Source of the DNA: a virus
Taxonomy: Duplodnaviria; Caudoviricetes
DNA: 39,128 bases
Direction: 5' to 3' (one strand)
IMG/VR virus record: IMGVR_UViG_3300017716_002050
Coordinates: 1 to 39,128 of that record
Program-made: the position numbers and the translations under genes
Notes under the pieces: generated by a model
Database searches by the model: none
What the model saw: the letters and a program-made list of their open reading frames with translations, nothing else
What the model was told of the DNA's origin: nothing
Shown here: positions 22,114 through 31,279 of the stretch, piece after piece
How the letters are laid out: the number at the start of each line of letters is the position of its first letter
Numbering within the stretch: the first letter of the stretch is position 1

Positions 22114-24948
22114 CTAGTCCTCCTGTCCTGCCGAAAGGGCCACGCCTGCACGGACGCGATTAGCCCCCCGAGGTCGATTGATTGCGCGGGTCAGGCGCGC
22201 GTTAAACTCTTCGGAGTTGGCCATGAGAAGATCAGCCAACGTCTCCGCATTGCGGCGGGCGGTCCAATCATCAATCCCCCGCCCGACCCGGCCAAAAACG
22301 CCAGTCGGATTGGTAATGGTTTGAGCCGCGCCGGTTGCGAGATTGCCGTTTCGCATCTGCTGTTGAAGCTCTTGTATAAACGCAGTCTGCGAGCCGCCTT
22401 TGTGCCGCTGGCCGGTGGCCATCAGAACCTCAACCAGATTGGCCATCGGGTCGGAGCCGCGAGCGGGAGCCGCGTTCGCGCTAAGAGGCGGGAACGCCAT
22501 GTTGGGATCGGGGCGGTTCACAACGTCCAGCGCGCCCATGACCGTCCGGCGTTGTTCCGGATTGCCAAACACACGGGCCGCAAAATCAGCCCCACCAAAC
22601 TGGTTAGGGCCGCTTGGCGTGTCTTGCATGGATTCCATCGCCTGCCGCGACAGATGCTGCCGAACCAGAGGGCCTCCGACAGTCGGATCAATCTCGCCCA
22701 TCAGTTCAAGCGCGCGAGCGGTTTCCTGCGCTTGACCCTCAAAGGGCTTATCGGGGAACAAGCGTCCCGTCATGCCAGCAAGGTTCGGGGCGGCTTCATT
22801 CGCATCCGCAAGCGCGCCAATCGGTCCGGCTTTGAGCGGGTCGATAAACGCTTCATTGACCCCGCGTACCGTGTCGTGCGCCATGCGCCAATCTGGCGAC
22901 GCTTCCGATGCCAAAGCGTCCGCCAACGCCCGGGCTTCGCGCCGCTGAGACGCCCGCGTCATAGACCCGCCAACACGCATAGAATTAGGCGCGGCTTCGT
23001 CGGCCATCGTGTCGAGTTGCTTCACAACCTCATTGATGACGTTGAGGTCGTTATCAGGCGTGGGAGCGGCAAACGGATCAAAAGAAGATCGGATTTGATC
23101 GGGCGAAAACGCCACCACCTCTTCTGCATCAGGACGAACAATGACGCTGTCATACCCCTCGGATTGAAGCCGGTTGCGCCATCCCGAAAGGTCGTCACGA
23201 TAAGCGTAAGCGTCGTTATAGAATTCTGATGCCGTGTCATAGCGTCGTGGATTTTGCGCCCTAACCCTTAGCGGCATTACATACGGGTCAGCCGGAACGC
23301 GGTCAGGTCGCCAGCCGCCCCTTGATGCAATGGTCGCGTATTCGTTTGCCAAATCCGGGCGAGCGCTGGAAAAGAATCCCAACTCCCCTTCAGATTGCCG
23401 GGTATTGGAGCCTAGTCGAGCAGGATCAAAGGAATCAAACGCCGTTCCGTCCCGAGTGGCCGTCCCGTGATAAGTTTCCAGCCCGAACCCTTGCTGCTGC
23501 GCTCGCAGCATCCGCACGTCTTGTTCCATCGGCGGGGCGCGATTGAGAAGCGGTGCAAGTTCCTCATCATCCCGCACCGCGCGAAGGGCGGCGGCAAACG
23601 ACGGGTTCTCTGTCAGTTGTCCAAACTGTTCAGGCGGCAGCGACTGGCCCGGCAGGCGGTCATAGAACTGCCCCGCATCCTCATTCGCACGACGGCGAAG
23701 GGTGTCCAGAACGCCACCCGCCGCTTGTTGAACGCGAGGCGCAAGGGCGGACGGCTCAACGCTAGGGCCTATTTGGTCGAGTTGTGCGCCAACAGCGCCG
23801 CGCACTTGTTCCGGAAGGGCGGCAAAGTAGCTTTGCAGGCGCGGAGACGAACCCTCCACCGCCCGTTGCAGTTGTCCTAGTCCCGTTCCGCCGCCCGTGA
23901 CTTGCTGAACGGCGTTCGCGTTAGTCAAGTTGATGCCAAAGGAATCTGCATCCCGGCGAAGAAGAGCCGCCATCTCAAGCTGTTGAGGCGTGACGCCTTG
24001 AGCCGCATTGCGGAGCGAAATATCAGCGCCGCCGCGAACCGTGTTGACACCACCAACACCCAAGCCGCCGAAGAAACCACCGGCCATGCGGGCATAGCCT
24101 TCCGCCGCCGTGTCGCGTTCGCCGCCTTGCAGCATCCGGGCAAGTTGGCCTGCCCCCTCCGATGCTCCGGCAGGGACGAGCCACGACGCTAGTTTGGTGC
24201 CCGTGCTGCCCGGAACGAGCGCGCCGGGCGCAAACTCACCAACCGTCCGGGACCATTCCCCCAACGGGGTCTGCGGCTGATAATAGTCGTATCCGATATG
24301 GTTACGGATGCTTTCGTTAATCTGTTCGCCCGAAGGCCCGATGACACCCAGTCCGGGGAGATAGTCTCCCTGACGCAGGCCGATCATTTGGCCCAAGGTT
24401 CCCTGCGCCCCTAAAGTGCCCGTCAGCCCCTCGACAACGCCGGTCGGGAGCGACTTGGCCATGTCTTCCGGGATCGTGGATTGCGCCTCTAGGAACAAGC
24501 CGGGGGCAATCTGTTCCGCACCTTCGCCGCCAGCATTCGGACGCGCATCGGCCATCAGGCGACGGACTTCACCGTTCGGCAGTTTGACGTACCAGCCGCC
24601 ATTCAGATAGGCGCGGTCCTCCGGAGGAAGTGTAGCAAGGTTGATTGGGTCGCGTTGCGTTCCTTGCGCGCCAAACACCGCCGCATTGGCCGTCGCTTGA
24701 TCCGGGTCGATTTCATGCACCGGAGGCGCAGCGGGAACCGCGTTAGGGCGCATCGTCGGATAGATGCCGTTGTCACCCGGCAGGAGTTCCGGCTGAAACG
24801 GTGCGTTTTCGTCCTCTTGCGGCTGGGGAGCCGCAGCCGGGGCCTGACGACGGTTGCGGTTCGTCGGAATAGGCGCGGCAATATCGGCGTAAGGGTCGCC
24901 CGTCTGAATAGGGAGCGCAATATCGGCGTAAGGGTCTTGCTGTCTCAT
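22114..24948 (-). CDS. Internal virion/DNA ejection protein (944 aa) with inserted ART-PolyVal-like domain
   Basis: Third gene of the ejection cluster; DPYADI repeats and Gly/Ala hydrophobic stretches. Insert YHGT..FDSFD..GFF..ANEYA..GYDSVIV..VAFSPDQIRS at ~23070-23490. Confidence 0.75.
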   Translation of the reverse strand: MRQQDPYADIALPIQTGDPYADIAAPIPTNRNRRQAPAAAPQPQEDENAPFQPELLPGDNGIYPTMRPNAVPAAPPVHEIDPDQATANAAVFGAQGTQRDPINLATLPPEDRAYLNGGWYVKLPNGEVRRLMADARPNAGGEGAEQIAPGLFLEAQSTIPEDMAKSLPTGVVEGLTGTLGAQGTLGQMIGLRQGDYLPGLGVIGPSGEQINESIRNHIGYDYYQPQTPLGEWSRTVGEFAPGALVPGSTGTKLASWLVPAGASEGAGQLARMLQGGERDTAAEGYARMAGGFFGGLGVGGVNTVRGGADISLRNAAQGVTPQQLEMAALLRRDADSFGINLTNANAVQQVTGGGTGLGQLQRAVEGSSPRLQSYFAALPEQVRGAVGAQLDQIGPSVEPSALAPRVQQAAGGVLDTLRRRANEDAGQFYDRLPGQSLPPEQFGQLTENPSFAAALRAVRDDEELAPLLNRAPPMEQDVRMLRAQQQGFGLETYHGTATRDGTAFDSFDPARLGSNTRQSEGELGFFSSARPDLANEYATIASRGGWRPDRVPADPYVMPLRVRAQNPRRYDTASEFYNDAYAYRDDLSGWRNRLQSEGYDSVIVRPDAEEVVAFSPDQIRSSFDPFAAPTPDNDLNVINEVVKQLDTMADEAAPNSMRVGGSMTRASQRREARALADALASEASPDWRMAHDTVRGVNEAFIDPLKAGPIGALADANEAAPNLAGMTGRLFPDKPFEGQAQETARALELMGEIDPTVGGPLVRQHLSRQAMESMQDTPSGPNQFGGADFAARVFGNPEQRRTVMGALDVVNRPDPNMAFPPLSANAAPARGSDPMANLVEVLMATGQRHKGGSQTAFIQELQQQMRNGNLATGAAQTITNPTGVFGRVGRGIDDWTARRNAETLADLLMANSEEFNARLTRAINRPRGANRVRAGVALSAGQED

Positions 24949-26396
24949 CGCCGCACCCTCGGATTACCGTCCATGTCGTGAAACGGCGTTCCGGACGGCA
25001 GTTCAGCGGCTTGGGCAGGCGTCAGACGGCGGGGAGCGTCAGGGGCAGGCGCACTTTCCCAGCCGTAAGCCTGACGGACAGACGGCGGGACAACATCATC
25101 AAACGCGCCAGCGCCAAGGCTGCGGTTGATGAAGTCACGACGGCCCATGATCTGTTCGCGAATCATCGGCATTTGCGTTGAGTAGAGCGTTTCGGCAACC
25201 GCACCGATTTGCGCGCGAATCTCCGGACTAAACTGTCCAGTGGACGTGAGGTATCCGCGCAACTGCGAGATGCCGCCAGCGAGGCCCTGAGAGCGCAGCT
25301 GGAGGTCAACGTCGCCCTCTTTAACGACACCCTCATCAATCAGCCTTTGAAGGCCGTTAATCGCCGCGATGTCACCCGCGCCGTTATTTGCCCCCACCCC
25401 GGCACGGACAGCGCCAATGTTCCGCGTGATGGCCGTGGCTTGGTCGAGAATCGGGCGGAGGCGCTGCTGCTCTGCCGTGATCGCCTCAAACCGAGCGCGC
25501 GGGTTGTTCGGCAAGTCCTGCGTTCCGCCAACTTCCGGTGCCAATCCACCGCCCGGCTGGCGCGTGTATCCTTCCGGCGGACGCCCGACGACGGACGGAA
25601 CGCCGAATGGACTCATGGAGACGCCTGCGCCTTCTGGCAAACCAAAGGCGTTGCCCGCACCAACCACCTGATTAGTGTTCATCGCCTCTTGCGGGATGCC
25701 GCCTTCAATCGGCGTCCAGCGGCGAGTAACCGGGTCAACAACGCCCGGAACCCCATTGATCGACTGAAACTCTTGGCGCAGCGCCGGGTTTTCGGCCATC
25801 TGCATTTCGATTTCGGCCCACAACTGCTGCCCCCACGCGACGCGCGCCGGGTCTTGGCTGTTGACCGCTTCTGTAATCATCGCGATTTGGCCGGGCGTTG
25901 GACCAAGCGGGTTACGCGGCGCTTGTGGCGGAGCGGCTTGGGGGGGTGGTTGTGGCGCGGCTTGGGGCTGCGGAGCCGACAGAAGCGCATCCTCAAGGCT
26001 CGCTGGCGCAGGGGCGGCAGCAGGGAGGGGCGAACCCGTTACAGCACCAACTGGAGCCATTGCGGCCTCGCGCGGCTCTTGCGTGTTCGTCAGCGCAGCA
26101 CCCAACGCAGCGCCGGGAGCCGGGGTGGACGGCGGGGAAAACGCGGCCAAATCCCCCAACACGTTGTCACGGATGCCCGCAAGGTGTTGCTCGCGCTCAC
26201 CCCGCGCTTCCTTTTCAGCCTTCCCTTGTGACCATTGCGTAATCCCTTGCGCGAGCAAGCGAGCGCCTAGATCACCATAGCCGCCGATCTGTTGCGGAGG
26301 CGCACGGAGGTCTTCCAAGGCTTTCGCCAAGGCTGCGCTACGCCGCATCGCGGGCGTTTCAATCATCGCGGGGGCTGGCATGGGGGCGCGGGCCAT
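24945..26396 (-). CDS. Internal virion/DNA ejection protein (483 aa)
   Basis: Position in the cluster, Pro/Ala/Gln-rich linker, GDIAAINGLQRLIDEGVVKEGD and C-terminal LPSGTPF..DG..R. Confidence 0.7.
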   Translation of the reverse strand: MARAPMPAPAMIETPAMRRSAALAKALEDLRAPPQQIGGYGDLGARLLAQGITQWSQGKAEKEARGEREQHLAGIRDNVLGDLAAFSPPSTPAPGAALGAALTNTQEPREAAMAPVGAVTGSPLPAAAPAPASLEDALLSAPQPQAAPQPPPQAAPPQAPRNPLGPTPGQIAMITEAVNSQDPARVAWGQQLWAEIEMQMAENPALRQEFQSINGVPGVVDPVTRRWTPIEGGIPQEAMNTNQVVGAGNAFGLPEGAGVSMSPFGVPSVVGRPPEGYTRQPGGGLAPEVGGTQDLPNNPRARFEAITAEQQRLRPILDQATAITRNIGAVRAGVGANNGAGDIAAINGLQRLIDEGVVKEGDVDLQLRSQGLAGGISQLRGYLTSTGQFSPEIRAQIGAVAETLYSTQMPMIREQIMGRRDFINRSLGAGAFDDVVPPSVRQAYGWESAPAPDAPRRLTPAQAAELPSGTPFHDMDGNPRVRR

Positions 26397-27466
26397 TAGA
26401 GCTTCCCGTAATCAACCATGAGGAAGCCCGTCCAGTGACGGACTACGGCGTCAATCCCGGCCTTAATCACGTCTTGCGCCATCACGCCGACGTGGCGCTT
26501 ACGGCCCCAAACGTACCGATATTCATATACAGGAAGGCCGTTCGGATGCGTTCCAAGGCGGACAATGTCACGCTTGAGCCGTCGATCAGATGCGCCAATC
26601 GCAGCCCCGCCAAGTTGGAAGAGGCCCTGCATGAGTGCCTGATTTTGCGCGTTCCGGGCCTGATAGTTCTGGTTCTGCTGGCCCAGCGAGAGGGCATTCG
26701 CGCCCATCACGTCCGTCTGGCCTACGCCGGTCGGGCTGTACTGGACGCCCTGAGGCATACCGACCTGACCCGTGCCTAGCAGGGCTTGGAGTTGGGCAAG
26801 CGGCTGGTTCTGGACGTATGCCCGCTCTTGAAGGCCCTGCGTCCGCGCCTGATTACCGAATGTCCCACCGGCAATAGCCTGCTGAATAGCGCGAGATTGT
26901 TCCGCGCCACCGGCCTGAATGGACTGGTTACGGGCCTCGCCGTAGGCGTCGTTTCGATCACGTGCAAAATCTTGGCGAAGATTTCGCGTCGCCTCGCTGT
27001 TTGCTCCAAGACCCTGAGCGGCAAGTCTCGCATCCTGCGAGCGTTCCATTCGGTCAAACTGCGGGTCAAGACGACGTGTCGCGCTCGCATATACCGAATC
27101 CTCAAACCGTTGGCGGTCAAAGTCGGGGGCGTTGAACCCTTGCAATTCGGGCAGGCCCTCAGTGTTCAGTTGCTGGCCAAGCGCCGTATTGACGCGGCCA
27201 AGCTGGTCACCCGCCGTTTGCAGCGCGCCGCCGTAGACCGCCGTTGAGCGGTCGTAGTTCTGCTGCTCACCTTGGCTAAGCGCGGTTTCCTGACGATAGC
27301 CACCGGGAGCGGTCGGGTCCGCAACGTAACGCACCGACCCCTGAGGACCGGACGTGTTAATCATGTTCAGGCGCTGCTGTTCGCGAGCCGTCGCGGTGTT
27401 AGCCGCCGATTGCGCGTTCGCCAGTTGGACAGGGTCCGGGGCTGCGGGAGGCTTGGGCTTGCTCAC
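26396..27466 (-). CDS. DNA pilot/ejection protein with C-terminal Peptidase_S74-like intramolecular chaperone domain
   Basis: KPKPPAAPDP N-terminus, Gln/Ala-rich helices, then SDRRLKRDI...YEYRY...GVMAQDV...VDYGKL. Confidence 0.8.
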   Translation of the reverse strand: MSKPKPPAAPDPVQLANAQSAANTATAREQQRLNMINTSGPQGSVRYVADPTAPGGYRQETALSQGEQQNYDRSTAVYGGALQTAGDQLGRVNTALGQQLNTEGLPELQGFNAPDFDRQRFEDSVYASATRRLDPQFDRMERSQDARLAAQGLGANSEATRNLRQDFARDRNDAYGEARNQSIQAGGAEQSRAIQQAIAGGTFGNQARTQGLQERAYVQNQPLAQLQALLGTGQVGMPQGVQYSPTGVGQTDVMGANALSLGQQNQNYQARNAQNQALMQGLFQLGGAAIGASDRRLKRDIVRLGTHPNGLPVYEYRYVWGRKRHVGVMAQDVIKAGIDAVVRHWTGFLMVDYGKL

Positions 27467-27902
27467 TCACACGGTCCTTGTTGAAGCGATGGACGCGCCA
27501 TTCGCTTTCGAGGAGACCGGATATGATGCAATCATCGTCACCATAACCACGCCGGACAGTCCCCTCATGTTTGAAACCAAACTTTGAGAGAAACTGGCGA
27601 GCGCGACGAAGCCGCTTAGGCGTCAGGCTGGTGATTCTCGCCGCCCCTAACTGTTGGAACGGATAACGCAAGATACCCGTGACCAGCGAAGGCGTCAACC
27701 AATCAGCGCGGATAGAGGCAAAGCTAACCTCTATGTTGCGATATTGGGGCTGATATTGGTTGAAGACGACGCCGCCGACAAGGTTATCATCCTTGTCCAC
27801 AACGCCGATTGCCTCGCATGGCCCCCAGTCCAGTCCATGCCCGATCTGCTCCGCTACCCATTGAGCGACTAGGGGGCTGAACGGGCTGCTGACAAGTTTC
27901 AT
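27399..27902 (-). CDS. GNAT-family acetyltransferase
   Basis: GGAGG RBS, ATG at 27902; LRYPFQQLGAARI...LSKFGFKHEGTVRRGYG; usual position before the pilot protein. Confidence 0.85.
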   Translation of the reverse strand: MKLVSSPFSPLVAQWVAEQIGHGLDWGPCEAIGVVDKDDNLVGGVVFNQYQPQYRNIEVSFASIRADWLTPSLVTGILRYPFQQLGAARITSLTPKRLRRARQFLSKFGFKHEGTVRRGYGDDDCIISGLLESEWRVHRFNKDRVSEQAQASRSPGPCPTGERAIGG

Positions 27903-28024
27903 TTGCGCTTCCTCCAAAGCCGTGCATAACTAACGACTAGACCGAACCCCTGAAATGGCCCGGTCAAATCCCTAACCCTCCGGGCGGGGCCGTCTGCGTC
28001 AGTCTAATAAACGGCAGACAATCG

Positions 28025-29710
28025 TTACAACTGCCCGCCCGTCTGGTTCTCGTATTTCAGATTGAAGGCGATAACTTCAACCGGGGCCGACGTGTTTCGG
28101 GTTGCGTGAGTGACCACCACCCCGTCCCCATACGAGACGTTATAGTCATCATCCACGGCTAGATCGACGTAGAGGACCGGCGTTGGTGTCGCGCGCATCC
28201 GGACGGCTCCGCAGTAACCAATCCCCGTTGCCCCCGTCCAGTTAAGCCGGTTCTGCGTCCTAGCGGCCCATCGTGCCGTGTCCCATAGACCCACGTCCCA
28301 AAGCGCAACGCTGGTCGTGCCCGTGGTCGGGACCGCAGTCGGAACCCTGTCTGTGAAATCCACAACCACTTCAATTGCAGGGGCTACCGTTGAGGCAATC
28401 CGCAACACCGGCTGGATCATCTCAAACTTCTTAAGCTGACCGCGCGACCCGAAATAGTTATAGGCCGTCAGCATATCCCCGACGATGCCGGACTCATCAT
28501 CCGCATATCCGGTGTCCCAAAGGCAGACGACACCGTTTCCGCCGAAATAGGCCTGATCGTTGGCCACGGCCCAGCAAAAGGCGTCAATCCCGGTGAACCG
28601 GCACCACGCGCCCGTCTGGACGTTCTGGACGTACTGCTCCGACCGGGTAAGCTCCGACACCGGCACATTCACAATCGCCAAGCCGCCCTTTTGGTAGAGC
28701 GTACATTCCCACCCAAAGCGGTTTCGATAGGCCGTGGATGCGCTCGCAAAGGCGTTCTGAATACGCTGCGTCAGGGCCACAAGGTTCTCTTGTGCGCGGT
28801 CGAGGTTCAACGCTTGGCTTAGCGGGACCATGCCGTCAGAGGTCAAGATGACAAGGTCCGAACCGTATTTGATGAGGCTACGGCGCGAGAGGGGATAGCC
28901 AAGGTCATACACCCCGACCAATGCCCAGTTGTCCGCGTCCGAGGGGTCTAGCCCCTGATAGACCGCTACCTGACCCTGCGTGGTGGCCCATACCGCATAG
29001 TCATCAATCCCGGACCCGCCGTCTAGCGACCACGTACCCTGACAGATAATCGCCCCGCCCTTGGTGAAGACGGTCCCGAGGTCCAGCAGATTAGCCGTGC
29101 CTTGAATAGCCTCCGGCTCAAGATACCAGACGCGAAGGCTGTCTTTCTGGACGAAGAACAGGCGCGACTTGTGGTCCATTACGTCCACAAGTGACGTAGG
29201 GTCCAGCGTGATAATCCCTGCCGTTCCAGAGATAGACGTAGAGGCAAAGGCCGTGCCGTTGTAATAGATCGGCGCAATCGCCCCGTTGGCGGCAATCAGG
29301 AACGTGCCCGCGTCATTGGCGAAGTTGACGGACTGAAACCGCGCATTGCCGGTGCTGGTATAAACCTCTAACGGCGTGTCCCCGTCATTCGACACGTCAA
29401 AGATCGAGCCACCCGAGGCCGCGAAGATAGCATCATCATCCGCCGCGATGTTCCCGCGCCAGACCATGAGGCTTTCAACACTGTTGCCCGTGCCCTCCTG
29501 CCAAATCCGATAGCCCTTGCGGAGTTCAACGTAGCCCGCGCGCGGGATGAAGTTGTCCAGAATGACCGCGTTTTCCGATGGCATATTCGCCAAGGGAGAT
29601 TGCGCATCCCAACCACCAGTAGGAGCCGGAACGGGAGAACCGACCGAAACACGCCGCTGCGTCGCCGCTCGCATGGCCTGACGCCCGTAGCGTTGTGCTG
29701 CCTGCCTCAT
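28025..29710 (-). CDS. Head-closure/tail nozzle protein (P22 gp10 / tail tubular B-like)
   Basis: PAPTGGW...AVILDNFIP...LRKG start, beta-rich ~560 aa; ATG at 29710 in ATGA overlap. Confidence 0.8.
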   Translation of the reverse strand: MRQAAQRYGRQAMRAATQRRVSVGSPVPAPTGGWDAQSPLANMPSENAVILDNFIPRAGYVELRKGYRIWQEGTGNSVESLMVWRGNIAADDDAIFAASGGSIFDVSNDGDTPLEVYTSTGNARFQSVNFANDAGTFLIAANGAIAPIYYNGTAFASTSISGTAGIITLDPTSLVDVMDHKSRLFFVQKDSLRVWYLEPEAIQGTANLLDLGTVFTKGGAIICQGTWSLDGGSGIDDYAVWATTQGQVAVYQGLDPSDADNWALVGVYDLGYPLSRRSLIKYGSDLVILTSDGMVPLSQALNLDRAQENLVALTQRIQNAFASASTAYRNRFGWECTLYQKGGLAIVNVPVSELTRSEQYVQNVQTGAWCRFTGIDAFCWAVANDQAYFGGNGVVCLWDTGYADDESGIVGDMLTAYNYFGSRGQLKKFEMIQPVLRIASTVAPAIEVVVDFTDRVPTAVPTTGTTSVALWDVGLWDTARWAARTQNRLNWTGATGIGYCGAVRMRATPTPVLYVDLAVDDDYNVSYGDGVVVTHATRNTSAPVEVIAFNLKYENQTGGQL

Positions 29711-29901
29711 AGCGCGACCCACGTTCCTGAGCGGTTCTGATAGCCTTGCGAGCCGATATAGAACAAGCGACCCTCGGGGCTTTCCTCCGCATCCGGCAGG
29801 GCCGACCCGTAACCCGGCGCATACGCCTCAAACAGAGCATTGATGCGCCGACGCTGCGTCTGCGGGTTCTTCGTGTCATTGATGGAAAGAAACAAGGTCA
29901 C
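29707..29901 (-). CDS. Small virion-associated protein (64 aa)
   Basis: Coupled on both sides between the adaptor and nozzle genes; LPDA...EGRLFYI...GTW. Confidence 0.6.
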   Translation of the reverse strand: MTLFLSINDTKNPQTQRRRINALFEAYAPGYGSALPDAEESPEGRLFYIGSQGYQNRSGTWVAL

Positions 29902-30602
29902 GACGGGAAGTTGCCTTCCTGAATGTTTGTCGCGAACCCGTAGTAGGTGCCGCCCGCACTGTCGATGACGCCGTTACCGCCGTCACGGGCCATGCGCTGA
30001 CTACGTTCTGACTGGTAGGTCCGAAAATCCTCTGCATAATCAAGCCCCTTGGACTTGAGGAAGCGCCACCGGATGCCAAGCGGGAAGAGCTTGTCATCGA
30101 GATAGGTCAGGTCCGTATCGGCCTCAAACATCGACTGCGCCGAACCAGCCGCCGACTTGGCCCAGTCCGTCGTGATGTACTCGTAGGCAATCTCTTGACC
30201 GGCGGGCGGGGTTGGCGTGACCAGAAACTGACCGTCACGCTCCACGAACGCCAGAAACACGCGGTTAAGCTGGGGCTGCGCTTGGATAGCCTGCCACTCT
30301 TGCGGAGTGATCGGGCCATAGATGTTCCGCATGGTCGTGCGGTTGAAAAACGAGTTAGCAATGAAGTGGTCAAAGTCAGACGGAAGCGCCGACGATTGAA
30401 CCGCAGAGGCCACCGTATCAAACAGGTGCTGCCTCCGCATGATCTGCCAATCATACGAACCCGCTAGCTCGTCGCCCTCCTCATTGGCCAGCGCGTACAG
30501 TTGCTGGACCTGAATGTCAGTCGAGGTCACGACTTCCGTAGGCACCGGAAGCGAGAGCAACCGGCACGAACGCTGGATAATGGCAAGCAAGTCCATGGCC
30601 AT
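29898..30602 (-). CDS. Head-tail adaptor (P22 gp4 / tail tubular A-like)
   Basis: LLAIIQRSC...LANEEG...LPSDFD...LGIRWRFLKSKGLDY; gene position. Confidence 0.8.
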   Translation of the reverse strand: MAMDLLAIIQRSCRLLSLPVPTEVVTSTDIQVQQLYALANEEGDELAGSYDWQIMRRQHLFDTVASAVQSSALPSDFDHFIANSFFNRTTMRNIYGPITPQEWQAIQAQPQLNRVFLAFVERDGQFLVTPTPPAGQEIAYEYITTDWAKSAAGSAQSMFEADTDLTYLDDKLFPLGIRWRFLKSKGLDYAEDFRTYQSERSQRMARDGGNGVIDSAGGTYYGFATNIQEGNFPS

Positions 30603-30605
30603 GGT

Positions 30606-30938
30606 TTAGGCTTTCGGAGGACGCCCGCGCTTCTTAGGGGCGGGGATGGATTCATAATCCGCAGGAACGTGCTTATGCTCGTCGCTAACGGGACGGATTG
30701 AACCGCCGGGGCCATCCACCCCGTCGTGATTGAATGCCTCTAGCGGAGCGTTGTGGAACGCCTCCGACAGATAGCGTTCGTACTCAAAGCCATGAGCCTT
30801 CTTGTCGGCTTCCGTGGCTTTGCGAGGGCCGATGACGGACGACGAATCCGCCTGATAGCGGAACATCAGGTCATCGCCTTGCTTGAAGAACGATGCGCCC
30901 GGCTTGTACATCACGTCGCGTTCCAGACCGTTTGTCAT
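30606..30938 (-). CDS. Hypothetical protein with KKRGRPPK tail (110 aa)
   Basis: ATG at 30938; basic AT-hook-like C-terminus common in head operons. Confidence 0.7.
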   Translation of the reverse strand: MTNGLERDVMYKPGASFFKQGDDLMFRYQADSSSVIGPRKATEADKKAHGFEYERYLSEAFHNAPLEAFNHDGVDGPGGSIRPVSDEHKHVPADYESIPAPKKRGRPPKA

Positions 30939-31279
30939 TGTCCGCTTTCCTTTTCCGGGCCGTCCGGTATGGGCATCCAATGGGTCGGCCTTGTGAACAG
31001 TAGCTTTTGCTGGTTCGGATGATCGTTAAACCACTCTGGACAATCACACCAACCGTCCGCCCCGTCATAATCATGGTTCGGCGCAAACCATCCATCACGC
31101 TTTACGGACGTGGACTTCAATCGTCCGCTAGGGGCATCATAGCGGTATTGATTATCCCACGCATCCTTGACGAAATACGCGTCCGCTTCTCGCCACTCGC
31201 GGCCCTCTTCGTCCACTACCCACAAATCAACGCGCGTTCCGTCTTTTGGAGCAGTTTCAATCAGCTTCCATGCGCTCAT
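30935..31279 (-). CDS. DUF551-like protein
   Basis: WKLIETAPKDGTRVDLW...PTHWMPIP; ATGA overlaps on both sides. Confidence 0.75.
   Translation of the reverse strand: MSAWKLIETAPKDGTRVDLWVVDEEGREWREADAYFVKDAWDNQYRYDAPSGRLKSTSVKRDGWFAPNHDYDGADGWCDCPEWFNDHPNQQKLLFTRPTHWMPIPDGPEKESGQ

Noticed and set aside
26396-27466. Tail fibre call based on the S74 domain
   Set aside because: The body is Gln/Ala-rich and helical, and it sits after the GNAT in the ejection cluster. No fibre repeats are present.
27903-28024. Intergenic gap before the GNAT gene as a riboswitch or ncRNA
   Set aside because: Only short imperfect inverted repeats are present, with no recognisable family, clear promoter or terminator.
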